Assembly: GCA_031256725.1 (NCBI GenBank)
Contig: JAIRQE010000008.1
Coordinates: 1,010-33,009 of the forward strand
DNA length: 32,000 nt
Direction: 5' to 3'
Origin: Propionibacteriaceae bacterium
GTDB taxonomy: Bacteria > Actinomycetota > Actinomycetes > Propionibacteriales > Propionibacteriaceae
In this document: in pieces, positions 23,640 through 31,714 of the stretch
Layout of the letters: the number at the start of each line of letters is the position of its first letter
Position numbering within the stretch: position 1 is the first letter of the stretch
Notes under the pieces: model-generated
What the model was told of the DNA's origin: nothing
Databases searched by the model: none
Seen by the model: the letters and a program-made list of their open reading frames with translations, nothing else
Translations under genes and position numbers: made by a program

Positions 23640-25022
23640 ATGAGCCAGAATGTACCGTACAAAACCTATCTAACCGAAGACGAGTTGCCCACGCATTACT
23701 ACAATGTGAGGGCAGACATGAAAGTCGGTCATGCCCCAATCCTGCATCCCGGCACCCTGCAACCTGTCACCGTCGCTGATATGGAGCCGATCTTCTGTAC
23801 AGAATTAGCCAAGCAGGAACTCAACACGGAAGACCGCTTCATCGAGATCCCCGAGCAGGTGCGGGCCTTCTATCGCATGTATCGGCCTTCACCGCTTGTA
23901 CGCGCCTATCACCTTGAGAAGGCACTCGGCACCCCAGCCAAGCTTTACTATAAGTACGAGGGTGGCAACACGTCAGGCAGCCACAAGCTCAACTCAGCTA
24001 TTGCCCAAGCCTATTATGCGAAAGAGCAAGGGCTAACTGGCTTGACCACCGAGACGGGCGCGGGACAATGGGGCAGCGCCTTGTCGATGGCCTGCGTGTA
24101 CTTTGACCTTGAGCTTGAGGTGTACATGGTACGTGTGTCGTCCGAGCAGAAGCCCTACCGTAAGGTTCTCATGGAAACCTACGGAGCTCAGGTCATTGCC
24201 TCACCAAGTGATACGACCAGCATCGGGCGCACGATGCTCGAAAACCCCGAAAACCAGGGTGGCTCACTGGGCACAGCGATCAGTGAGGCAGTCGAGGTTG
24301 CGGTCACATCCGAGGGCAAGCGTTATGTCTTGGGTAGCGTTCTCAACCAGGTTCTCTTACATCAGTCGATCATCGGTATTGAAGCCAAGAAGGCCCTGGA
24401 GAAACTTGATGAGTATCCGGACATGGTCATTGGATGCGCTGGTGGCGGCTCTAATCTTGGCGGACTCATGTCCGCCTTCATGGAGGACAAACTCGCAGGC
24501 AGAACAGCACCCCATTTCATTGCTGTCGAGCCAGCCTCGTGCCCGTCAATGACTCGTGGGCGTTTCGCGTACGACTTCTGTGACACTGGACAGGTGACAC
24601 CGCTTGCCAAGATGTACACCCTGGGACATGCGTTTATGCCCTCCCCCAGCCATGCTGGTGGATTGCGTTTCCATGGAATGAGCCCCATTTTAAGCCAGCT
24701 CTTCCACGATGGTTTCATCGACGAAGCTCGTGCTGTTGATCAGGTCTCGGTATTCCAGGCAGCAGAAATCTTCGCGCGCGCCGAAGGTACCTTGCCTGCC
24801 CCCGAGTCGTCTCACGCGATCCGTGCAGCCATCGACGAAGCACTCAAGTGCAAGGAAACCGGCGAGCAGAAGACAATCCTGTTCGGCTTGAGCGGCAACG
24901 GGTACTTCGACTTGGCTGCCTACCAGCAATACAACGAAGGTACCCTCACCGACCGTGTACCCACAGACGAAGATCTGGAACGCGGCCTAGCCACTATCCC
25001 CTCACTGCCAGGCATCCAGTAA
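23640..25022 (+). CDS. TrpB2-type tryptophan synthase beta-like PLP enzyme
   Basis: 460 aa, long-form TrpB. Has YKYEGGNTSGSHKLNSAIAQAYYA (PLP lysine motif) and GCAGGGSNLGG. RBS AAAGGAGAG. Confidence 0.85.
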   Translation: MSQNVPYKTYLTEDELPTHYYNVRADMKVGHAPILHPGTLQPVTVADMEPIFCTELAKQELNTEDRFIEIPEQVRAFYRMYRPSPLVRAYHLEKALGTPAKLYYKYEGGNTSGSHKLNSAIAQAYYAKEQGLTGLTTETGAGQWGSALSMACVYFDLELEVYMVRVSSEQKPYRKVLMETYGAQVIASPSDTTSIGRTMLENPENQGGSLGTAISEAVEVAVTSEGKRYVLGSVLNQVLLHQSIIGIEAKKALEKLDEYPDMVIGCAGGGSNLGGLMSAFMEDKLAGRTAPHFIAVEPASCPSMTRGRFAYDFCDTGQVTPLAKMYTLGHAFMPSPSHAGGLRFHGMSPILSQLFHDGFIDEARAVDQVSVFQAAEIFARAEGTLPAPESSHAIRAAIDEALKCKETGEQKTILFGLSGNGYFDLAAYQQYNEGTLTDRVPTDEDLERGLATIPSLPGIQ

Positions 25023-25040
25023 GACTGAGGCAAGTATCCC

Positions 25041-25085
25041 CCGTCGAAACTGAGTGAATCCATTATGTTCACTCAGTTTCGACGG
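25041..25085. terminator. Perfect 18-bp-stem hairpin downstream of the TrpB2-type gene (possible terminator, no clear U-tract)
   Basis: CCGTCGAAACTGAGTGAA (25041-25058) / loop TCCATTATG / TTCACTCAGTTTCGACGG (25068-25085). Confidence 0.5.
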
Positions 25086-25210
25086 AATGTCTTTATTGGA
25101 TCCACCTTCTGCCTCTTCAACGTCTACTGGGTCTTGGGGTACCTGGGCATTGGATACGGTCTTCGATCCCAAGGCCGATCCCCTACCTGACATTATGATG
25201 TCTGTGATGA

Positions 25211-25510
25211 ATGATGTCTGTGATGAAAATCGGTGGAGCGTTCTTGAACCTGATTGCCGTCGCATCTCTGTCACGACTACTCCCACCTCGCCTGAGGAAG
25301 CTCATACGTGGTCTGGGATGGTCTGCCGTCATTATCCTGGCCTTGCGAACCATCCCAGGTCTCATAGTCAATCTTCTGGGTGCGCTCACCATCATCTCGG
25401 TCTCAAGTCCGAGTTGGTTCTGGAACACCTGGTTCGCAGCATGGCTTCTCGCTTTCTTTCCAGCCATGAAGCTCTCCAGGCCCACACTTGACCAGAATGG
25501 CCCTGTTTAG
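25211..25510 (+). CDS. Hypothetical small membrane protein (about 3 TM)
   Basis: 99-aa ORF with hydrophobic segments IGGAFLNLIAVASL, WSAVIILALRTIPGLIVNLLGALTIISV and WFAAWLLAFFPA. Preferred over the overlapping 25054-25491 frame, which has no such features. Confidence 0.4.
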   Translation: MMSVMKIGGAFLNLIAVASLSRLLPPRLRKLIRGLGWSAVIILALRTIPGLIVNLLGALTIISVSSPSWFWNTWFAAWLLAFFPAMKLSRPTLDQNGPV

Positions 25511-25631
25511 ATTAAGAATTCACCAAGATGTGCCGACCGTCATAGTCCATCTGGTAAATCGTCTGCATCAGATGCTGAGTTCCTGCTAGGCTTATTCCGT
25601 TGTTGGCTTGCACACTTCAAAGGGGCGTGAC

Positions 25632-26672
25632 ATGAGCAAACGGAAGAGCACGGCTGGCATTATCGTGGCGGGGGTGCTACTCGGAGGCACTTTGGTGGCT
25701 GGCTCCTTGGTGGGTCAGGCATGGTGCGCTCGTACTCTTGAACCGCAGGCCGAGGCGGCCTTGCAAGAGGCAGGCATCACCGACATTGATGTGTCATTCC
25801 AAGGACGTGAGGCATTTCTCAGCGGATCTGAGAAAACCCAGGCTCAACTCGACGAGGCTAAGGCTATCGTTGAGGCGGTCGATGGTGTCCGATGGGCGAA
25901 GATCACTGGAGATATCGCGCCTGAACCTCTCCCCCAACCTGAGGTACGCGTAGCCACCAATTCCACTGGTGTCGTGCTCTCGGGAACGGTGTCCACACAG
26001 GCTGAGGCTGACGTCCTTGCCGCAGAGATCGAGAAGGTCTTTGGCGGGCCGGTCACCAATCAGATGACCGTGGATCCCAAGGTTGAGTCTGCTGGCTGGG
26101 TGAGTGAACTCACTGATGCCCTTGAAACATCACCGCCAGTTGCAGGCGGCTCACTGAACGCAGGTACAGAAGAAATCACCGTTACTGGCACGGTCACTAG
26201 TGAAACTGATCTAGCAACCCTTGAACAGGCTTTCGACAAGATCTCTGTACCCGCGACAACCGATGTGACTGTGAGTGCTCCTGAACCAGAGCCAGAACCT
26301 GAACCGGAGCCCCAACCCGAGTTGACCCAAGATGAGATCAATACGGTCAATTCAGCATCGGTACGTTTCGGCCAGGGGCAGTACACGCTCACCGATTCTA
26401 CAAAGCGACAGATTGATTCGATCATTCCTCTACTCAAGAAGTCGACTTCAGCACTCACTGTGAAAGGGTATGTTTCTGTACCCCACAGCGAAGGCAACGA
26501 GATACGGGACTCTAAAAAGCGCGCTCAAGCCCTCGCTGACTACCTCATTTCCCAAGGGATCGACTCTTCACGGATCACCGTGGAGGGACGCGGTACAGCC
26601 GATCCCATCGCATCCAACAATACCGAAGCGGGCCGCCTCGCCAACCAACGAGCGACCATCACGCTCGCCTAG
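25632..26672 (+). CDS. BON-domain + OmpA-like peptidoglycan-binding protein (ArfA/OmpATb-like architecture)
   Basis: N-terminal TM/signal anchor GIIVAGVLLGGTLVAG. Two BON-like segments (DVSFQGREAFLSGS..., GVVLSGTVSTQAEAD). (PE)n linker. C-terminal OmpA_C motif NTEAGRLANQRATITL. Start set at ATG 25632, after AAAGGGG. Confidence 0.8.
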   Translation: MSKRKSTAGIIVAGVLLGGTLVAGSLVGQAWCARTLEPQAEAALQEAGITDIDVSFQGREAFLSGSEKTQAQLDEAKAIVEAVDGVRWAKITGDIAPEPLPQPEVRVATNSTGVVLSGTVSTQAEADVLAAEIEKVFGGPVTNQMTVDPKVESAGWVSELTDALETSPPVAGGSLNAGTEEITVTGTVTSETDLATLEQAFDKISVPATTDVTVSAPEPEPEPEPEPQPELTQDEINTVNSASVRFGQGQYTLTDSTKRQIDSIIPLLKKSTSALTVKGYVSVPHSEGNEIRDSKKRAQALADYLISQGIDSSRITVEGRGTADPIASNNTEAGRLANQRATITLA

Positions 26673-26696
26673 AACCAACCCAAGGAGAGAATAACA

Positions 26697-27839
26697 ATGT
26701 CTTGGTTTACCACTGGTGAAATCCTAATCTGGTTAATCCTGGCCGCCCTGCTCGCATTCCTTCTCGGCTGGCTCATTCGTGGCCTTGGGTACGGGCGCAA
26801 GATCGCCAAGCTCAAAAACGAACTGAAGGATCTACGCAAGGAAAACGATGATCTGCGTGATCGACTCAGGGACTGCCGTTGTGGACTGAGGTCCTCAGCC
26901 CATGGTTCTTATAGGGTGGCGCAGACCCTTGAGGTGGACACCTACCCAGTAAAAGATGTCCATGATCCCGAGCTTGACACCGATTTGGATGCTGATCCTG
27001 AGAACGACTACGAAGATTTCGACTACTATGACGACTTCGAGGGTAACCTGGAAGGTGACCTTGAAGAAGATTACGCCGACTTTAACGACTCGGATGAGAC
27101 TGACACGTCGGCTGAGGATGCCTCCAAACTCGCCGCAGCAGCAAGCATCGCTCGAATCAAGTCTGCCAGCAGGGACTCTGACATAGAATCGGAGACTTCC
27201 GAGATAGTTTCGTCAACACCTTCACACTTCGAAGACCTGGATCTGTCTGAGATCTCAAATGCGCTTGTCAAGGCACCCGTACAACCCAGTTCAGCTGCAG
27301 CCAGGGAAGCTGCTGCAGCCATCAAGCGGATCAAAGCGGAGACAAAGGCAGCTCACGAAGCTGACGTCAAGGCAGCCAAGGCAGCCGCAGCTAAGGCGGC
27401 TAAGGCAGCCAAGACAACAGCCACCAAGTCACCCGCCAAGGGAACCAAGACTGCGACCGCCAAGGAAACCAAACCGAAGGCCAGCACGTCTTCCAAGGGT
27501 TCCAGGTCAAAGTCCACGCGTAGTACAACTGCTCCCTCCACGCAGGAAGCCCGCAAGATGATGGTTGATATTGCCGCTCGTACAGCTGGTACGAAGCCTG
27601 TCGAAAAGGATGACCTCCGCGATGTCCACGGTATCGGTGAGGTCCTGTCGAAGCTGCTCTATTCTATGAACATCACAAGCTTCCGTCAGGTTGCCCGCTT
27701 CGAGGCCGACGACATCGAAACTATCGCCAGTGCCTTGGAATGCTTCCCTGATCGCATTGAGCGTGACGACTGGATGTCCTCGGCTCGTCAACTCCATATC
27801 GATAAGTACGGCGATGACCCCCTAGATGAGGATTCATAA
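26697..27839 (+). CDS. Membrane-anchored protein: N-terminal TM, coiled coil, acidic region, Lys/Ala-rich histone-H1-like tract, C-terminal helix-hairpin-helix-like domain
   Basis: TM ILIWLILAALLAFLLGWLI, then KLKNELKDLRKENDDLRDRLRD, then a D/E-rich stretch, then AAKAAAAKAAKAAKTTATKSPAKGTKTATAKETKPK. C-terminal VHGIGEVLSKLLYSMNITSFRQVARF...RIERDDWMSSARQL. RBS AAGGAGAG; 24 nt after the OmpA-like gene. Confidence 0.6.
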   Translation: MSWFTTGEILIWLILAALLAFLLGWLIRGLGYGRKIAKLKNELKDLRKENDDLRDRLRDCRCGLRSSAHGSYRVAQTLEVDTYPVKDVHDPELDTDLDADPENDYEDFDYYDDFEGNLEGDLEEDYADFNDSDETDTSAEDASKLAAAASIARIKSASRDSDIESETSEIVSSTPSHFEDLDLSEISNALVKAPVQPSSAAAREAAAAIKRIKAETKAAHEADVKAAKAAAAKAAKAAKTTATKSPAKGTKTATAKETKPKASTSSKGSRSKSTRSTTAPSTQEARKMMVDIAARTAGTKPVEKDDLRDVHGIGEVLSKLLYSMNITSFRQVARFEADDIETIASALECFPDRIERDDWMSSARQLHIDKYGDDPLDEDS

Positions 27840-27866
27840 TCTGGGGTCACCCCTCATAACCTCTGA

Positions 27867-27902
27867 GATCCACCTTCGACACCGAGGGTGGATCTCTTTT
27901 TT
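27867..27902 (+). terminator. Rho-independent terminator
   Basis: GATCCACCTTCG-ACAC-CGAGGGTGGATC stem-loop followed by TCTTTTTT. Confidence 0.8.
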
Positions 27903-27942
27903 CCTTCCACGAAGACCCTTGAGATGACCTAACCCGATAATT

Positions 27943-28137
27943 GTGAACGATGATCGTGTGGCTATCCGTATCACTTCACGACGCGGCAATGCCGTACTCC
28001 TATCAGAGGGAGACTATGACTCCCTTGAAGAGACTGCGTACCTGTTCCGTTCCCCTGCTAATGCTCGTCGCTTGATGGAAGCTGATGCAGCGCTGAGACC
28101 TGGTGAAGGTGTGACCACCGATCTGGATCGTACATGA
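27943..28137 (+). pseudogene. yefM: Phd/YefM-family antitoxin remnant (N-terminally truncated)
   Basis: ...LLSEGDYDSLEETAYLFRSPANARRLMEA matches the YefM C-terminal half. An in-frame TGA at 27925-27927 prevents any longer N-terminus, so about 20 N-terminal residues of the fold are missing. Confidence 0.7.
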
Positions 28138-28217
28138 ACATCATCTTCGCTCCACAAGGTTTCGAGGATTATCACTACTGGCAAAACAATGACCGTGCAA
28201 TCCTACACGGAGACTAG
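28134..28217 (+). pseudogene. yoeB: YoeB/Txe-family toxin remnant (only the first 27 codons)
   Basis: Own translation: MNIIFAPQGFEDYHYWQNNDRAILHGD*, compared with E. coli YoeB MKLIWSEESWDDYLYWQETDKRIV. ATGA overlap with the yefM remnant. The ORF ends where the mscL 3' end begins. Confidence 0.7.
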
Positions 28218-28579
28218 GAGCTCTTCTGTGTGGCTAGAAGGTCGCGGATCTCCACGAGTACGTCCATCTCGGTCACAGCGACCTCAGGCTCCTCTTTGCG
28301 GAATCGCTCACGTAGCGCAGACATAGGCTTGACGATACACCAGTACAGCACACTCGCGATCAGCAGGAATGCAATCAGAGAACTGATGAACTCCCCTATG
28401 TTGACTCCAGCGACAGTCACTGTCGAGAAATCGGGGGTACCACCCAGGATCCTCGAAATGATGCTCATGATGAGATCGCTGAAGGATTTGGTGAGGTCAC
28501 CAAAGGCTGCGCCCATGATGAACGCAACGGCCAATTCCAACAGATTGCCACGAACCAGAAAGTCCCTGAACCCTTTCAT
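28214..28579 (-). CDS. mscL: Large-conductance mechanosensitive channel
   Basis: MKGFRDFLVRGNLLELAVAFIMGAAFG... canonical MscL N-terminus. Start set at ATG 28579, preceded by AAGGAG on the minus strand. Confidence 0.9.
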   Translation of the reverse strand: MKGFRDFLVRGNLLELAVAFIMGAAFGDLTKSFSDLIMSIISRILGGTPDFSTVTVAGVNIGEFISSLIAFLLIASVLYWCIVKPMSALRERFRKEEPEVAVTEMDVLVEIRDLLATQKSS

Positions 28580-29103
28580 GTCTCTCCTTACATAGAGTAC
28601 CTTGCCCTGGCAGCCTATGCTGCCCCTCACTCAACGTACTCAAGCGGTCAGTATTTGGGCAGTCTCTGTTGGAGTTACCGAATCACCCCTCAGTTTTTGC
28701 TCACACCCGCATTCTGTGCTCACATACTCTCATTCTACGCTCTCACCGCGTCATTCTGCGTGGAGTCGAAGAATCCAGGAATATTGTTTTTGCTATGAAA
28801 ATGTGGGGAGAGTGGGATTATTCCAAACACATTCACGCAGTTGTTTCCCTTGGAAACAACTCCTCCATTCGGGAATACGGCCTTGACCAGTTGGTGGATC
28901 GATTTTACCCCACTGCACTTCCGAAAGAACCCTGGTTGGTTGATCCAATGACGTGGGCTTAACCCTGAGCTGAATAGAGGATGTCGATCACGAAGACGGT
29001 CACGGTCCTGGACAGATGTATTCCACTCTCCCCAGTCGTTGATACATCAATGGTTTGGTGGTCGGCATTCAAGGGAGGATGAGAGGACGACGGAAATAAG
29101 TGG

Positions 29104-29811
29104 CTAGAGTCCGGCGGTTTCCAGGGTGGACTCGTCAGCGAGTAATCCAGTACCGGAATCCTCGACTAGTTTTCCTTTTTGCACTAGGAGTACACGTGTA
29201 CACACCTGCTCAGCGAAGGAGAGGTCATGGGTGGCAATCAACTTGCCTTGGGGTAGTTCACCCAGGATTGAGGTGAGGTTTCGCCGAGCCCTGGGATCCA
29301 GGAAAGCAGTGGGCTCATCGAAGAGAAGGAATGTGGGTGAGAGTGCCAGGACTGTACCAATGGCAGCTAAGCGCTTCTCCCCAGACGAGAGTTTCAGGGG
29401 GGAACGTTCCCCCAAGTGTACTATTCCTAATTCTTCTAGAGCTGAGGTGACCCGTGATGCAGTCTCGGCCTCGTCGTACCCGAAACTTCTGGGGCCGAAA
29501 CCAATGTCCTCCCCAATGGTGGGCATGAACAATTGGTCATCGGGGTTCTGGAAGACCAAGCCGACCTGGGAGCGAATCTGGCGAAGGTTGTCTTTAGATA
29601 GGGGAAGATCGTTGATGAGGATCTCGCCGCTGGCGGGGGTCAGGATTCCCACAAGGGAAAGCAGGAGGGAGGTTTTGCCAGCACCATTGGCTCCGATGAG
29701 GGCAACGTTTTCTCCGGCAGCGACAGAGAAACTGAGGCCATCGACCGCTCTCGTACCATCGGCGTAGTCGATGATGAGATCCTTGACGTGAAGCACAAGA
29801 CACCTACCCAA
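29104..29811 (-). CDS. cbiO: Cobalt/nickel ECF transporter ATP-binding protein
   Basis: Walker A GANGAGKTS, signature LSSGEKRL, Walker B LLFDEPTA. Start is TTG 29811 or GTG 29796. Confidence 0.85.
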   Translation of the reverse strand: MGRCLVLHVKDLIIDYADGTRAVDGLSFSVAAGENVALIGANGAGKTSLLLSLVGILTPASGEILINDLPLSKDNLRQIRSQVGLVFQNPDDQLFMPTIGEDIGFGPRSFGYDEAETASRVTSALEELGIVHLGERSPLKLSSGEKRLAAIGTVLALSPTFLLFDEPTAFLDPRARRNLTSILGELPQGKLIATHDLSFAEQVCTRVLLVQKGKLVEDSGTGLLADESTLETAGL

Positions 29812-30580
29812 TCACAATGAAGCGTAGTAGAACGGTTGGCAAGCACACCAAGGCTAGCGCAAACAGATCCACCCCGCCGAGCTTGCGCGGCGCCCTGGGA
29901 ATCTCGTGAAGGGAGTACCCACGACAGCTCATGGCTGCGTGTACCCTCTCTGCCCTGTCGAAACTGCGTAGAACAAGCTGACCAAGGAAGGACCCCATAT
30001 GCTTCATTTCAAGGGCCTTTCGATTCCCGGATCTGAGGCGATAGGCGGTCATCATCGAGTGGACTTCCTCCAGGAGTACCGCGATGTAGCGGAAGGTCAT
30101 CTCGAAGACCATCACGAAAATCGTGGGTACTCTCAGTCGTCGCAATTGGGTTGTCAGGTCAATGAAGGGCGTTGTCGCGACAAGGATGAGGACAGCCATC
30201 ACACTGAGGTACATCTTCACAAGGATAGTTGCGAGAGAAACCATGCCGAGGCTGACGGTCACTGATCCGATGGTGAAGGCCGGCCCCCGGTCGAAGATCA
30301 CATTCGAAATCCCCCCAAACAAACAGAAGGGCAAGGCGATGAGTACCCGTGACAGCATGAGTTTGTACGGCAGTTCCGCAATAGCCATCATCACGAAGGG
30401 AAAGAAGAGGTAGATCGTGAGCCCGGCAAAAGAGTACCGGGAGCAGGAGACCACAAACACAATGAAGACAAGAGTGTAGATCAGTTTCACGAGAGGGTGG
30501 AGACGGTGAATGACTGTTCTACCCGCGGCAAGGTTTTCGAGGGCTCGAAGTTCGTGGACGCGTGCGCCGATGTCAGGCAT
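29804..30580 (-). CDS. cbiQ: Cobalt/nickel ECF transporter transmembrane component
   Basis: 258-aa multi-pass protein between cbiM and cbiO, with 8-nt overlaps on both sides. CbiQ-type Arg-rich loop (AYRLRSG). Confidence 0.8.
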   Translation of the reverse strand: MPDIGARVHELRALENLAAGRTVIHRLHPLVKLIYTLVFIVFVVSCSRYSFAGLTIYLFFPFVMMAIAELPYKLMLSRVLIALPFCLFGGISNVIFDRGPAFTIGSVTVSLGMVSLATILVKMYLSVMAVLILVATTPFIDLTTQLRRLRVPTIFVMVFEMTFRYIAVLLEEVHSMMTAYRLRSGNRKALEMKHMGSFLGQLVLRSFDRAERVHAAMSCRGYSLHEIPRAPRKLGGVDLFALALVCLPTVLLRFIVIG

Positions 30581-31598
30581 CGGTCTCGACAGATCTACGC
30601 TTCTTCACCCTTGAGATGATGATACCTGTAGCAGCCGCAACAAGGAAGGTGATTCCTGCCCCGACTAGACCAGCGACTGTTGTACCGAGGGAGTTATCGG
30701 GATCAGCCCCAAACCCATAGTCGGGCAGGATGGATGTCTTCTCTTGGGCCTCAGCTGCGCCTTCATGGATGACCCCCGAGCCCTCCAGTTCGGTTTCTTC
30801 ACCAAGACTCTGCTCGGTGGTTTTCCCGATCGCCCACTCCAAACCATCAGGATGGGTGGATGCGACCAAGGAGAGCCCGCCAGCAATGATGACAGTCGAG
30901 ATGGCCAGGGCGATCAGTACCTTCCTGGTTGACCCCCCGATGGGTTTGCCAAGAGACTGGGCTTCAATAATCTCAGCTCTCATGGAGTAGACGAAGCAGA
31001 GTACCCCGGCAGTCACGATTCCTTCAATGACGCCAATGACGAGGTGGATGGGCAGCATCAGACCGAGGAAGGTCGCGAAGGGAAGCTCCGTGATCCCCGA
31101 TAGGAGTGTCTCGACGACGACTCCGAAGGCCCCCAATTGCAGGGCGACAACGACGGAGAGAATCGAGGCAAGGGATAAACGTTTATAGTCCGTTCCCCGC
31201 CGCAGTAATGGTCTAAAGATCAGCGGAAAGATCACCAGACAAGGGATAATACCCAGGTTGAAGATATTGCATCCCAGCGCCAACAATCCGCCGTCAGCGA
31301 AGAAAAGGCATTGGATGATGAGTACTGCTGAAATCGCTAGGAAGGCTGGCACCGCTCCCACAAGGCCCGCCAGAAGGATACCCCCACCGATATGGCCTGA
31401 GGATCCCGTCCCCGGAATGGTGAAGTTGATCATCTGGCCCGCGAAAACCAAGGCACCCGCAACACCCATGATGGGGATCTTCTTTTCAGAAAACTCGTCA
31501 CGCTTGACCTTGGCGACAGAGGTACCAATAGCAACAACGGCGATCGCGTTCATGGAAAGCCCCACTGCTGGCGAAAGAAGGGCGTCAGCCATATGCAT
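30573..31598 (-). CDS. cbiM: CbiM/NikM-type substrate-capture component fused to a C-terminal PDGLE domain and extra TM
   Basis: N-terminus MHMADALLSP (Met1-His2 metal-ligand type). Also GSSGHIGGG, FFADGG, HPDGLEWA (PDGLE motif) and terminal TM VAGLVGAGITFLVAAATGIII. Confidence 0.85.
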   Translation of the reverse strand: MHMADALLSPAVGLSMNAIAVVAIGTSVAKVKRDEFSEKKIPIMGVAGALVFAGQMINFTIPGTGSSGHIGGGILLAGLVGAVPAFLAISAVLIIQCLFFADGGLLALGCNIFNLGIIPCLVIFPLIFRPLLRRGTDYKRLSLASILSVVVALQLGAFGVVVETLLSGITELPFATFLGLMLPIHLVIGVIEGIVTAGVLCFVYSMRAEIIEAQSLGKPIGGSTRKVLIALAISTVIIAGGLSLVASTHPDGLEWAIGKTTEQSLGEETELEGSGVIHEGAAEAQEKTSILPDYGFGADPDNSLGTTVAGLVGAGITFLVAAATGIIISRVKKRRSVETDA

Positions 31599-31714
31599 TT
31601 TCGAGTAATCCTTTCCGGAATATCAAATAATGAGTACCGCCTCTAGTATAGAGCCATATCCTCAAGGAATACCCTCCCCGGGCCTAGTGACAAGGGCATT
31701 GACCTCTGGTGCTT

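Noticed and set aside
25054-25491. 145-aa plus-strand ORF overlapping the 99-aa membrane ORF in another frame
   Set aside because: It has no hydrophobic or domain features and is Ser/Pro/His-rich. The 25211-25510 frame gives coherent TM segments. Neither ORF is strongly supported.
26283-26320. PEPEPEPEPEPQPE-coding stretch in the BON-OmpA gene, considered as a slippage-prone microsatellite
   Set aside because: The codons are varied (GAACCA GAGCCA GAACCT GAACCG GAGCCC), so the DNA is not a perfect repeat. This is an ordinary flexible linker.
26060-27797. Antisense and off-frame ORFs across the OmpA-like and HhH-protein genes (26060-26497, 27071-27334, 27259-27561, 27353-27556, 27507-27797)
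   Set aside because: All overlap well-supported plus-strand genes and translate to Ala/Ser/Arg-rich low complexity, mirroring the Lys/Ala and acidic tracts.
28602-28962. Two overlapping plus-strand ORFs (94 and 97 aa) between mscL and cbiO
   Set aside because: They have no RBS, no recognisable motifs and mutually exclusive frames. The region is reported as an unexplained non-coding/decayed segment instead.
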